64,000 nucleotides of DNA, from the IMG/VR virus record IMGVR_UViG_3300020608_000013, positions 62,001 through 126,000 of that record, one strand, 5' to 3'. Each line of letters opens with the position of its first letter. Within the stretch, counting starts at the first letter, position 1. Under the pieces are notes generated by a model. That model saw only the letters and a program-made list of their open reading frames with translations. It was not told the origin of the DNA and searched no databases. Of this stretch, positions 1-9,894 are shown piece after piece. The position numbers and the translations under genes were made by a program.

Positions 1-937
1 AACGCTCTTCTATTTTTAGTGTAAATCTAACAGGGTAAACACAACGGTAGGTAGGTACAATTTCAGTTGCTTTAGCTTTGAAAGGCGTTCCTGATAAGAA
101 TAGTAAATGCGCGGGTCTAATCTTTTTACAAAGCTCTGTGAACAACTTGGTACGGTTTGATTTAAGATCGTTAAAATTGTGCGACTCGTCTAATATGATA
201 ATCGTTTTCTCAGAGGGTTTAGCGCGATAATTTGTATAAAAACTACCTAGTGCCTCATAATGACAAATATAGTGTCGATACCTATCATTCATCGGCGTAT
301 TTTCATCTTTAGACGACCATGCCTTTACAGGGTTTTTATAAATACTCTCTACGGTCTTTACCCAGACTTTATTTATAACAGGTAGCGGACAGACGATAAC
401 AACTTTCACACACTTCTCTAACTCTGCTAAGAATAGACTAGCTGCCGTCTTACCAGAACCAGCAGCGCCGTTTAGTAAAAGCGCGTTGTTACCGTAACGT
501 TGGCATTTAATACTGTAGTCATCAAGAAAGTTTTGTTGATGAGGTAGTGGTTTCCAATGCATCGTGTCCAGTAGTTTCAAATTGTAATGGGGTAAATAAG
601 TTTTACTTAACCGCATTATTTCGGGTAGTTGTTCAAACTGGGTAAGAATATCCTTAATATCTTTCTTAACTCGTCTTGGGAAGCGTGCATAATCCTTGTT
701 TGTAGTTAACTCATGTAAAATACGTTTAGCAAATTCATAAAAATCGCGTATAAAGAAAAGTGGTATCTCTAAACGATTATGGGTAGATTTCTTAAACAAG
801 TAAGTTTTTACGCGTTCGGTACTAAAAACCTTTTTCGCCATATACAGGAATAGGTGCGCGTCTATATTATATACATAGACAGTCTCACCTTTAACCTCGA
901 TAAGTGTAGGTAGAAAACGACTTGTGATGACAGTCAT
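1..937 (-). CDS. SF2/SNF2-like helicase, N-terminal part; runs off the window edge and is absent from the ORF track
   Basis: Hand translation from ATG at 937 (AGAGGA RBS upstream) is open to the edge: MTVITSRFLPT...LLNGAAGSGKT (Walker A)...VVIVCP...IIILDESH (motif II)...LFLSGTP (motif III). Confidence 0.9.
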   Translation of the reverse strand, partial: MTVITSRFLPTLIEVKGETVYVYNIDAHLFLYMAKKVFSTERVKTYLFKKSTHNRLEIPLFFIRDFYEFAKRILHELTTNKDYARFPRRVKKDIKDILTQFEQLPEIMRLSKTYLPHYNLKLLDTMHWKPLPHQQNFLDDYSIKCQRYGNNALLLNGAAGSGKTAASLFLAELEKCVKVVIVCPLPVINKVWVKTVESIYKNPVKAWSSKDENTPMNDRYRHYICHYEALGSFYTNYRAKPSEKTIIILDESHNFNDLKSNRTKLFTELCKKIRPAHLLFLSGTPFKAKATEIVPTYRCVYPVRFTLKIEER

Positions 938-971
938 AAATTGATTATCCTCTTTAGTAAAAGGTTTAAAA

Positions 972-2270
972 ATGTTTAACATGGCTTCAATGGATGTACC
1001 CTCGCTAGAGTACGTCCGACAACAACATGGTGAGGAGGTATTCGTACCCCTAACTCACCATATTGACCAACTCTACGAAATACTCCACATAGATACTATG
1101 AAGGAGGACAAACTTAAAAAGATCAGCGCTTTTTTAAAAAATCGGTTTAAATTGAAATTTAAAGTGCGTGATGTAAAGAACCAAACTATTTGGGTAAACA
1201 TGCCCATCTTCAATGAAGATCATGTCTATAACAACCCAAACATGCCTAAAATGCCCAAACGTAAAAAATACATCGCAACTCAATTACTCGAAAAAGGGTT
1301 TGAGATTGATTTAGATACGGGTGCTGTAAAGGGAGCTGTTAGTGACATATCTGTTAGTATTGAAGTAGATTTTAAATTCATCCTCAACCAGCATAAACTA
1401 AATAGTAAAGAAATAGCGGCCTGTATACTCCATGAGGTTGGCCATGCGATATATTCGATGATACTTATCCATAACATCACTCGAACAAACACGGCATTAG
1501 AAACTGTCGCACGAATGAAAACACCTAAAAAGAAGAAACTTGAATACGTATTCAAACATCTTCTGACAGCAGAACAAAAGAGACAAGTAGAAGACAGTAG
1601 TTCAGAAGAGGCGGGTCGACTCAGAACGATAGACTTCGTATCCGCCCAAGCGGTCGAAAAGTTACCTGCAAGATATGGTAGTTTACAACACCGTAGAGAT
1701 GAAGAATCATTCGCAGATGCTTTCGCTATTCGTTTGGGGGCAGGTAGTGCGCTACTCACCGCACTTGAGAAACTGACTATACGTAAACGGTACTTTTTGG
1801 GTGGTGTTATAATGTTTCTATTAAATAAATTAATGAGTTCGATTAAGTTATTAGCCATCGCCATTGGGTCGACAGGTCTTGCTACCATTGCTAGTATCGC
1901 AGCCCCCTTCTATATAGTTTTCTCCGTTGTCCTAACTTTCTTCCTGCCATCAAGCGAATTTAATTCATACGGTACTTTTCGTATGCGATGCGCCCGAATA
2001 CTTAACCAGTATATTGAACGACTGAAAACCATTGAGCTAGACCCTAAAGATCGACAAGATTTGGCTTACCAAGCTGTTGAATTAAGGGCTAAGATAGACA
2101 CCATCCCAGACGAAGCGGGGTCGTTAGGTGTAGCAATACTATCACGTCTTAATAAGCGGCATATAATGGCACGAGCAATACAACTCGAAGAGTCTATGCT
2201 TGAAGAACTCATTAATAACGATCTATTCGTAACCCATGCACTAATTACAGCTAAAGGAGAAACAATGTAA
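972..2270 (+). CDS. M48-like zinc metallopeptidase-domain protein with membrane segment; possible virion/head protein
   Basis: HEVGH (HExxH) followed by EESFADAFAIRLGAGSALLTALEKL, the M48-type third-ligand motif; long hydrophobic stretch at about aa 275-325. Confidence 0.65.
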   Translation: MFNMASMDVPSLEYVRQQHGEEVFVPLTHHIDQLYEILHIDTMKEDKLKKISAFLKNRFKLKFKVRDVKNQTIWVNMPIFNEDHVYNNPNMPKMPKRKKYIATQLLEKGFEIDLDTGAVKGAVSDISVSIEVDFKFILNQHKLNSKEIAACILHEVGHAIYSMILIHNITRTNTALETVARMKTPKKKKLEYVFKHLLTAEQKRQVEDSSSEEAGRLRTIDFVSAQAVEKLPARYGSLQHRRDEESFADAFAIRLGAGSALLTALEKLTIRKRYFLGGVIMFLLNKLMSSIKLLAIAIGSTGLATIASIAAPFYIVFSVVLTFFLPSSEFNSYGTFRMRCARILNQYIERLKTIELDPKDRQDLAYQAVELRAKIDTIPDEAGSLGVAILSRLNKRHIMARAIQLEESMLEELINNDLFVTHALITAKGETM

Positions 2271-2713
2271 TGTATCATCTAAACGAAACGACACAAAAAG
2301 AGTTCCTTAAAGAACTCCTCTATAGTGGCAAACTCCGCGACGACTCAACGTCTTTCTTGTATGCTTTAGCCTATGCCGAGAAGAACGGACTCTCAAGAAG
2401 TAAGGACACACCTAGTGAGGAAAATTTCAGAACCCATATTGTCCCTAAACTTATCCATTCTTTAAGAGCATTCACTTTACAAACGAACAATTTAGATACG
2501 CAGGCAATTATTAGACACTTACGAGCAATTTCCAAAGGGTCTGTTTGTAAAGGAACTTTACGCACTAATAGTCAATTTAGCGACGAATTGTTCTTGTTGT
2601 CTTTATTCGGCATCAATGTCCAAACGTTGTCGCCAGCTCTCGTTGAAAGTTTAATGGTCGATAAACCACAGACGAGCCGCATTTATCGCGGTTTTATAGA
2701 GAACATAGTGTAG
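2270..2713 (+). CDS. Hypothetical protein
   Basis: 147-aa ORF translationally coupled (TAATG) to the upstream gene and followed by a terminator. Confidence 0.7.
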   Translation: MYHLNETTQKEFLKELLYSGKLRDDSTSFLYALAYAEKNGLSRSKDTPSEENFRTHIVPKLIHSLRAFTLQTNNLDTQAIIRHLRAISKGSVCKGTLRTNSQFSDELFLLSLFGINVQTLSPALVESLMVDKPQTSRIYRGFIENIV

Positions 2714-2719
2714 ACAGAA

Positions 2720-2754
2720 ATAAACGTTACCTGCATTTAGCAGGTAACGTTTAT
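2720..2754. terminator. Bidirectional terminator hairpin between convergent genes
   Basis: 15-bp perfect stem ATAAACGTTACCTGC/GCAGGTAACGTTTAT with a 5-nt loop and A/T tracts on both sides. Confidence 0.8.
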
Positions 2755-2761
2755 CTTTTAC

Positions 2762-3631
2762 TTAAAGGTTTGGTGTAACTAGCGCAAAATTAAACTGCCA
2801 GACACTAGCATATACACTAGAAAGTGAGCTTATAGACTTACCTTGTTTTAAGCCGTATCTACTACGTCCTGTACCACGACAGTAATTTTTACGAACACTT
2901 GAGGGTAGGTTATTACAAACAGCATTAACAAATCGCCGTTTCTGTTTAACGGAAACGCGACCGCCGCGATCCACCTGTTGCATCGTTATAACATTACCAG
3001 GTCCCAAATTATGATGAATGAAATTAGAATAAATACTACTGCGCCAATCCTTGGTTACGCTACGGTACTCTCTAATTAAATTCGGTACAACTTTAGCATT
3101 GTGGTAAGGGTTATGTCGACTAGCATTACGCGATGGTTTAAAATCACTCCATGCTGCTCGACCAATTTGAAAAGGACCACAATATCCTTTACTATTACAA
3201 ACATTCCGAAAACGCGACTCATAGAAGCTAATTGCTTTTAATGTTTTCGGAGCAAGGTTATTCACACCGTTCAAAGTATCGAGATATTGTAGATAATCCC
3301 GATTCTTTTTCAAGGTCTTATTGAAGTTTTTATGCACTACACAATATTCACTACCATCGGGTAAAATAGTACATCCTGAAACTCGATCGACTGAACACTT
3401 ATGTCGAGCTGCTGCCTTGGTAAAGACATCTGCTTGCGCTAAAAGCCTTTCTCTAGTTCGCACATCGAGTTGTAAGATAGCTTTTTCACGTAAGTCGTTC
3501 GCACGATCTAGGTTTCTAGTTTTATGTAAACGACAGTTTGCATCTGTAGCAATAGCTTTAGACATCGCGTACACAGAAACAGGTGAAAGCATTAACGAGA
3601 GGACGGTAAAAACATATAATAAAATACGCAT
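2762..3631 (-). CDS. Lytic transglycosylase (SLT/lysozyme-like) with N-terminal signal peptide; endolysin candidate
   Basis: SLT motifs ISFYESRF (catalytic E-S), GPFQI and HHNLGPG. Start moved to ATG 3631 (AGGTG RBS), giving signal peptide MRILLYVFTVLSLMLSPVSVYA. Confidence 0.8.
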   Translation of the reverse strand: MRILLYVFTVLSLMLSPVSVYAMSKAIATDANCRLHKTRNLDRANDLREKAILQLDVRTRERLLAQADVFTKAAARHKCSVDRVSGCTILPDGSEYCVVHKNFNKTLKKNRDYLQYLDTLNGVNNLAPKTLKAISFYESRFRNVCNSKGYCGPFQIGRAAWSDFKPSRNASRHNPYHNAKVVPNLIREYRSVTKDWRSSIYSNFIHHNLGPGNVITMQQVDRGGRVSVKQKRRFVNAVCNNLPSSVRKNYCRGTGRSRYGLKQGKSISSLSSVYASVWQFNFALVTPNL

Positions 3632-3710
3632 AATCACACCTATACTTAAAGGTTGGTTAATATGAAACGCATGAATACGTTTCATATTATATAAACCATA
3701 AAGTATTTCT

Positions 3711-4382
3711 TTACCAGTTTGAACCACTATAGAAATTAATTAGTCGATTCTTACCCGCTTCAGAAAGCCCTGATAGTAGCTCTGAATTAAGGTTAACTTG
3801 CGAGCGACGTTGAGCATGTGTTAAAGACAAATCACTTGTCACTTTTAGTAAGTTGAGCAGTCCTTGGAACGCACGTAAATGACTTACTGGACCACCCCAC
3901 CCTTCAGCTTGTTGAAAAATAATTGTCTCGTGAAAGGCGGTTTCGCGGTAAGCGTAGAAATACGCCATAATCGCACGCCAGCGAAGGCTAAAACCATCCA
4001 TAGGACTACTCTCCAACTGACCTCTTAAAAACTTCCAGAAGCGGAATAGGGTAGTTCTAGCCTCACTATCCGTTGTGTTTTTAGTAGGTCCCATTGTTTT
4101 TACAAAAGTATCTAATTGATCTAACGCTAAACTATCGTGTAACGACCCTTTGTCAAGAATGTGCGCCTTGAACTTCGCTAGTCTCTCCTCACCACTATCC
4201 TCTTTCACCTTATTTGGTGTTTCAGGGATATTTAACTTACGAGGGTTGCTAACTGTCGTCTCTGTCTTTGAAGTTTTTACAGGTTTGTTTTCAATAACCG
4301 TACGCTCAACCTCAACGCTCTTGACATCAGTTTCCTGATCTTTTTCAGGTTGAGTTTTCTTAGTTAGTGTTTTGTCTTGCAT
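3711..4382 (-). CDS. Hypothetical protein with low-complexity K/E/T N-terminus and helical C-terminal domain; possible virion protein
   Basis: 223-aa ORF with RBS, co-oriented with its neighbours. Confidence 0.65.
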   Translation of the reverse strand: MQDKTLTKKTQPEKDQETDVKSVEVERTVIENKPVKTSKTETTVSNPRKLNIPETPNKVKEDSGEERLAKFKAHILDKGSLHDSLALDQLDTFVKTMGPTKNTTDSEARTTLFRFWKFLRGQLESSPMDGFSLRWRAIMAYFYAYRETAFHETIIFQQAEGWGGPVSHLRAFQGLLNLLKVTSDLSLTHAQRRSQVNLNSELLSGLSEAGKNRLINFYSGSNW

Positions 4383-4394
4383 AATAAACTTTCC

Positions 4395-5078
4395 TTAATT
4401 ACGTGGTTTGTAGTCAAATTGAGTAGGGTCGAAAGAACCTTCCTCAAACATATTGTTGAAATTGTTCATGTGCTCATTAGCACGACTCAACGCATCGTCT
4501 CGTCCTAAATTGAATACAGGTATGTTCAAGTGCGACGCTAACTTAATAGTGATATTAAGTCGCCCTGTACGGGTAGTTACTTCATCTAGCGTCTCTTCGC
4601 CACCTTCAGTCCAACATAATAGTAGACGCACTGGTGCGTCGAGATTACGCCCAGCAATAGTATTCACCGCAGCACCTTGAAACGACCATAGTTTAAAAGA
4701 CTGATCTGCCAAACCTGGACCATAGCGGCAAGCAACAGCTTTCGCTTGTTTTGTGGTTACAAAATCACCTTTACCATCATTAAAAGAAGAGTAGGGTAGT
4801 GTAATCCATTTTAGTTTCGTCTTAATGCTCGCATGGATTGGCGAACCAGACATGGTGCGTGCAACAAACCCGTCGTCATATTGCTGTGAAAAATTACTCA
4901 TGTCATTAATAATATGATCTGGGACATTCTCGTTAGTCATCAATGCATAGTGTATCGGTACTATACCGTTTACAGGCAACGATAGGAAAAGCGGTTTATA
5001 AGCACGGTCTCCCCCACCTCCTGAATAACCGCCTTTCGGCTTTTTGTTCTCTTGAGAAGTCCAGTATTGTGAACTCAT
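4395..5078 (-). CDS. DprA/SLOG-like Rossmann-fold protein, degenerate
   Basis: C-terminal LLLCWTEGG...TG...IKLASHLNIPVFNL matches the CWT..G...TGGT...IPVFNL pattern of phage SLOG/DprA-like proteins. Confidence 0.55.
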   Translation of the reverse strand: MSSQYWTSQENKKPKGGYSGGGGDRAYKPLFLSLPVNGIVPIHYALMTNENVPDHIINDMSNFSQQYDDGFVARTMSGSPIHASIKTKLKWITLPYSSFNDGKGDFVTTKQAKAVACRYGPGLADQSFKLWSFQGAAVNTIAGRNLDAPVRLLLCWTEGGEETLDEVTTRTGRLNITIKLASHLNIPVFNLGRDDALSRANEHMNNFNNMFEEGSFDPTQFDYKPRN

Positions 5079-5111
5079 AAATACTCCTAAATAATTACAA
5101 GGTTATGAAAA

Positions 5112-7124
5112 ATGGCTTTACCTCCAAATGTTGAAGGCATTGAATGCCGCTTTGTTGTCCCTGTTTCTCCTAAAAAATATGGAGAGGATGACGTACATAT
5201 TATCAAAGAATTAATTCATTATAAAGATGGGACTACTAAACCAAACGTCCGTGTTATTAAAGGTTATAAAAGACCTTATTGGATCACTAAACCTCATTTA
5301 CGTAACTACAACGACAACCGAGAATGGGGACGAATGGAAGAAGTTGATAAGTATGTCGCACAAGACAAAGATTTAATCAACGACGCTGGCAATCGATTAC
5401 AAATCTATGGTAAAAATAAATATAAAGTTTTTAAATCCCCTTATTTGTTCGGCGCAAAGACCTCTGCGTCAGTGTATATCAAACACGCTTATCGGAAACG
5501 ATTTGCTAACATAAAAGAAACACCGTTTAACATTGGTTATCTGGATACTGAGGCAGACTTAGATCGTCCTACATATGTCGCCTATAATCTAAAAACGTAT
5601 AAATTATTGAAAAACACCACTGATTTAGACGAGCTTAAAAAATGGTCTGGGCTTTCTGATAAAGTGTTCAATCTCTTCATCTCTTTCGATGAAGAGTACT
5701 GGTTAGAATTTTTAAAAGATAGTTTAAAGAAGAAAAGAATTACGAACGAGATATACAACAAATTCTTAAACGTGCGGTTACGGAAACATTCACCAATCTC
5801 AATTCTAACCTATGTCACTACAGAAGGCGCTTATGCTTTTGTCGACGAACGCTACCTAAAGAAACAGAATTTAACCGTCGAAGAGATTAACGCGTACACG
5901 AAAGAAAAGATTGACGAAAAGAAAGCAGAGTTTAGTAAGGAAAACAAAGATAAGAATGGTTGGGTGTGGACTAGAGATATAAGTATAAACACAATCGCTT
6001 GTAAGGGTGAGGGCGACATACTGGAAAAAGCCTTCGCCACTATACATAAAAGTAAAATAGATTTACTAGCGATATGGAACATCGCTTACGACATGCCCTC
6101 TATGTTAAGAGCCTGCGCCATTAACGGATTAGAACCTAAACATTTATTCAGCGACCCCTCCGTACCTGAAGAGATGCGTCATTTCAAGTGGTGTCTTGGT
6201 CCGTTGAAGAAAGTAAGTCGGTCAGGTCAAGTAAAGCGTTACGATAAACAAGAACAGTGGCATACGGCTGAATTAACCGCAGGGTTCTATTTCATTGACC
6301 AGATGTGTTCTTACAGTGCCATTCGATTAGGTTCACCTAAAGAGCAATTCTATAACGTAGATGCTATTGCAAACAAACTACTAGGCATGGGGAAACTTTA
6401 CCTCGAAGTCGACGAGGGCATTTACCCAGGGTCTATTGAATGGCACTCTTTCTTAACCAACAACCACTTTAAAGAATATACGGCTTACGCGTTCTTCGAT
6501 GTCATAGTCATGTTATTAATGAATGACTACACTAGAGACCTCGATCTACTATTACCCACTTTCGTCAACAACTCACAGATACGTTCTTTCACTACGAGGA
6601 CACAGATGTTATCCGACAACTTCCAGACATGGCTGATGGATAACGAGAACGCTGCGCTAGGTGCGGCAGGGCTATTATCCGTTTACCAAAAACTTATACC
6701 GAATGTTGATTTAGATGATTGTAATCTACAATTAAGGGGCATTATTGTCAATCTAGATGTGTCGTTAGTACGATATAAGCACCGTAGTATGTTTGAAGAC
6801 GCACCTCACTTAAAGTCAACGGTACGGCGATTTGCGTTCGATATGGATGCCGTCTCCGCATACTTATCAGCTATTGTTCGTAGTAACCTTTCAAGAGAAA
6901 CTTGTCTCTACGAGACTTATGCAATCGATGGTAAATCTACTTACGATATACGGCGAGCAGGGCTTGACCTTTTAATGGGTCATGTGAGCGCCATCGATTT
7001 CTGTACAAATATGTTTAATTTCCCCACCATAACAGAATTGTGTACTGAATATGAAAAAGAAATAGCGCTACTAGATGAAAAGAAAACCGATGACGTACCT
7101 GACTTCAGCGGATGGTTTAACTGA
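5112..7124 (+). CDS. Split family-B DNA polymerase, exonuclease plus motif-A half (phiKZ gp82-like)
   Basis: ExoI YLDTEAD, ExoII IWNIAYD, ExoIII YAFFD, polymerase motif-A-like FDMDAVSAY; adjacent to the gp80-like gene as in phiKZ. Confidence 0.8.
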   Translation: MALPPNVEGIECRFVVPVSPKKYGEDDVHIIKELIHYKDGTTKPNVRVIKGYKRPYWITKPHLRNYNDNREWGRMEEVDKYVAQDKDLINDAGNRLQIYGKNKYKVFKSPYLFGAKTSASVYIKHAYRKRFANIKETPFNIGYLDTEADLDRPTYVAYNLKTYKLLKNTTDLDELKKWSGLSDKVFNLFISFDEEYWLEFLKDSLKKKRITNEIYNKFLNVRLRKHSPISILTYVTTEGAYAFVDERYLKKQNLTVEEINAYTKEKIDEKKAEFSKENKDKNGWVWTRDISINTIACKGEGDILEKAFATIHKSKIDLLAIWNIAYDMPSMLRACAINGLEPKHLFSDPSVPEEMRHFKWCLGPLKKVSRSGQVKRYDKQEQWHTAELTAGFYFIDQMCSYSAIRLGSPKEQFYNVDAIANKLLGMGKLYLEVDEGIYPGSIEWHSFLTNNHFKEYTAYAFFDVIVMLLMNDYTRDLDLLLPTFVNNSQIRSFTTRTQMLSDNFQTWLMDNENAALGAAGLLSVYQKLIPNVDLDDCNLQLRGIIVNLDVSLVRYKHRSMFEDAPHLKSTVRRFAFDMDAVSAYLSAIVRSNLSRETCLYETYAIDGKSTYDIRRAGLDLLMGHVSAIDFCTNMFNFPTITELCTEYEKEIALLDEKKTDDVPDFSGWFN

Positions 7125-8397
7125 ACACGCGATCGATACTGATAGTCACATTACGTGAAACCGTACCGTGGAAAACAGCCATTAACGCATATAGGAAGAC
7201 ACTACCTAAATCCAACGCGGCTAGTGATATACCATCTACTTTAGCACTAACTGTTTTACCTAAACAATGTTTACAAAAAGCAGAGTCTTTTGTTAAACAA
7301 AACCCAGGTGAGCGGAAAGTTTGCCAAGTGTCTATTAGTCCTGCTAAATCATCTTCTGTTTCAATCAGAACCCACTTACCTTGCTTACGTACTTCACAGC
7401 CAACAAAGGTTGACCTAATCTCTTTACCGATGTACTGGTATAGCCCCTGTTCTGTACCACAGTCCTCATCAACAATTTTATAAGGTGTAGACACTTTCAA
7501 CATGTCTTTAGTGACCACGCCAGCATACATCGTACGATAACCCCGCGAGTAGCTACCATAACGTACAACGTTAAGTATTGCAGGAAATTGTTCATCAGAT
7601 GTTGGCCAACCTTCCTCTAAGGAAGTCAAGATAGGCTCGCTAAACTCGCCAAACGATTCAGGTGTGCCTAGACCGTGAAGAAGTTTTTTACGCGACACCT
7701 TCTTCACTTTACCCGTCAAGAACTTATTATTCGTCGGGTCTTTGGCTAGATGTTGTTCATCAAACGCAGCCAACTCTTTCTCGTACTCATTGAATTTTAC
7801 TGGGTTTTTAAGCTCGTCACCATATTCTTCGATTTTACGTGCCCTGAAGTCTTTGAAGTCGTCTGCCACAACTAGGTTGGTTGGTGTATCTACTACAGTA
7901 GTAACAAGACTTAAATCTTCTAGGAAGTTAACAGCTTTCTTGAACTTGTGCATCTCATACACTTCAATCGTTTCAGGTGTACCCTTACCATTATCAACGA
8001 GTATCGGTGCAATAATATCACTAATCGTCCCTCCGTCGTGGCGTTTCAATAAGAAAGGTAGCTTCCCATTAAACGGGTACATTAAGGAGATGTAGTTACT
8101 GAATATTAGACCGACAGACACATCTTTCAACTCACTAACATTTTTCCATCGTTTATCAAATATACCCGTCCGTTCATCAAGTAAGAATAAAGGACGTTTA
8201 TTATATTGCTTTGGTTTAAAGCTATGGTATTCGCCCTTATCATAGTAGACGTACTCACCGTCGAAACAGTACACGTCATAAGGCTTTGGCGCTTCTGGTT
8301 TATCTGTTTCTATGATACTAAGTACACTAATCATCCATCGACGTTTAACGTACTTATTGTTGAGTAACGCCAGTCTTAAAAAATCATATTTATCCAT
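7117..8397 (-). CDS. Virion RNA polymerase beta' subunit, middle/C-terminal part (phiKZ gp80-like)
   Basis: Bridge-helix-like GSYSRGYRTMYAGVVTK, zinc-binding DCGT...RSPGFC...FCKHCLG, trigger-loop-like LMAVFH. Confidence 0.88.
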   Translation of the reverse strand: MDKYDFLRLALLNNKYVKRRWMISVLSIIETDKPEAPKPYDVYCFDGEYVYYDKGEYHSFKPKQYNKRPLFLLDERTGIFDKRWKNVSELKDVSVGLIFSNYISLMYPFNGKLPFLLKRHDGGTISDIIAPILVDNGKGTPETIEVYEMHKFKKAVNFLEDLSLVTTVVDTPTNLVVADDFKDFRARKIEEYGDELKNPVKFNEYEKELAAFDEQHLAKDPTNNKFLTGKVKKVSRKKLLHGLGTPESFGEFSEPILTSLEEGWPTSDEQFPAILNVVRYGSYSRGYRTMYAGVVTKDMLKVSTPYKIVDEDCGTEQGLYQYIGKEIRSTFVGCEVRKQGKWVLIETEDDLAGLIDTWQTFRSPGFCLTKDSAFCKHCLGKTVSAKVDGISLAALDLGSVFLYALMAVFHGTVSRNVTISIDRVFS

Positions 8398-9259
8398 CGA
8401 TAACCTCCGTTAACGACATTTGCAATGACCTTAATGTTAACATATATTGGTTACGTAGTAACGGGTCATGCGTGACCGTATTGAAAAACTTTAATAGTGT
8501 TTCACTATAACGCTCTTTTTCCACATCACTGAAAACGACCAAAGTGTAAACAAAATAGACTAATGGCTCATGTTCTTCTTTTTTAACATAATCCGTTATG
8601 TATAAGTCGAACAATTTACAATAGAACTCAAAAGGTTTACCAACTTCCATACCACATTGGTAAAAGGTTAATAAGATATTGTTATTACTCATATCAGTAA
8701 GTTTCTTAACCAAGTCACCAATAGCTCCACTAGAACTAGGTGATTTATGCAATACTTCATGACGGTCTGCTAAATTTTTAAACGCAAATAAAGCGTCGTC
8801 GTAAATAAAATCTATGAGTTCATCAAAGTAGTGTTCAGGACGGTCGTCTGCTATACTAAGTAATGCTGAAAGTTTCTCTCGATTGGTCGTTTCAGGACGG
8901 TCAAACACTTGTATAAAATAACTATAATCTTCAATAAATTGAGCTTTGTATAGAGCAGAGCAAATACTAACTATTTGACTAAGGCTCAAATCTTGTGCGG
9001 TGATAATATAGTGCGATTTTATCACCATTCGTAAATTGTTTTCGATAAGCTCACGCAGTTCAAGGTCTTTACCAGTGAACTCATCATCTTTATCTACAAT
9101 ATTTTGTATCATCGTATCATCAAAATTGTCGTAGAACCCATAAATAAGCACCATACCTTGTAGCAACAAATCCCTCATTTCATCGACATAGTTATCATCT
9201 AAATAGGTGATAATATTGGGATCAATTAAAGTTGTCTCGGTGTCTTGTGAATCTAACAT
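8390..9259 (-). CDS. Conserved phiKZ-like hypothetical protein (gp79 position)
   Basis: Start moved to ATG 9259 (AAGG RBS), giving 289 aa; the longer ORF-track version overlaps the opposite-strand gene. Assigned by synteny. Confidence 0.6.
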   Translation of the reverse strand: MLDSQDTETTLIDPNIITYLDDNYVDEMRDLLLQGMVLIYGFYDNFDDTMIQNIVDKDDEFTGKDLELRELIENNLRMVIKSHYIITAQDLSLSQIVSICSALYKAQFIEDYSYFIQVFDRPETTNREKLSALLSIADDRPEHYFDELIDFIYDDALFAFKNLADRHEVLHKSPSSSGAIGDLVKKLTDMSNNNILLTFYQCGMEVGKPFEFYCKLFDLYITDYVKKEEHEPLVYFVYTLVVFSDVEKERYSETLLKFFNTVTHDPLLRNQYMLTLRSLQMSLTEVIDG

Positions 9260-9287
9260 GTATTTACCTTTTTTTAAATAAACGGAA

Positions 9288-9683
9288 GTGATAATGAGCA
9301 CAGAATATATAAATGATGTCTTCGGCATAGATGACATACTCACAGAACTAAAACCCGCTCCTAGTGAAATGGAGCGTTTACGTTTAGTAGTATTAGATGC
9401 CCTCGATAAATCAGATGTGAACAACAAACCCATTGAGGAGTATTTAACAACCGACCTACCTAAAGAAATCAAAGCCATCGAAGATGGTGTAAGTAAAATA
9501 GAAGCCTACAAAGATACTTTAGGTGAAACAGAGGATATTGACGAGTTAATGGTTGTCATTAACAACTTAGTTGAGATTGGTACTAAAACAACAACCATTA
9601 CTGAAAAACTCACTAATTTATCTAATAACACAACAGGAAATGAACGACATGACGAAAACGTACTATTGGCGCGATCTACATGA
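9288..9683 (+). CDS. Hypothetical acidic, coiled-coil-like protein
   Basis: 131-aa ORF with GGA upstream; first gene of a + strand unit. Confidence 0.6.
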   Translation: MIMSTEYINDVFGIDDILTELKPAPSEMERLRLVVLDALDKSDVNNKPIEEYLTTDLPKEIKAIEDGVSKIEAYKDTLGETEDIDELMVVINNLVEIGTKTTTITEKLTNLSNNTTGNERHDENVLLARST

Positions 9684-9894
9684 ACTATTAGACGATGTAG
9701 TTTCAAAAACGAACAATCGTAGCGCTCTGTCCAAAACATTAGTAAATCGTATTGATACTGTACGATCACTGCTACCTACGACCAACACCCCTGTCCAACA
9801 AGACGAACTTAATAAATTTAGTGAATTACATTACACTATATTAGAGTTAAATGAAGCGTTAGATTTACATATTTTCAAAGGTGGAGTACAATGA
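9649..9894 (+). CDS. Small hypothetical protein
   Basis: AGGA at 9635-9638 supports ATG 9649 (or 9640); stop overlaps the next start (ATGA). Confidence 0.55.
   Translation: MTKTYYWRDLHELLDDVVSKTNNRSALSKTLVNRIDTVRSLLPTTNTPVQQDELNKFSELHYTILELNEALDLHIFKGGVQ

Noticed and set aside
9571-9683. Frameshift fusion between 9288-9683 and 9571-9894
   Set aside because: The second gene has its own AGGA RBS and ATG (9640/9649), so the overlap is short and ordinary.
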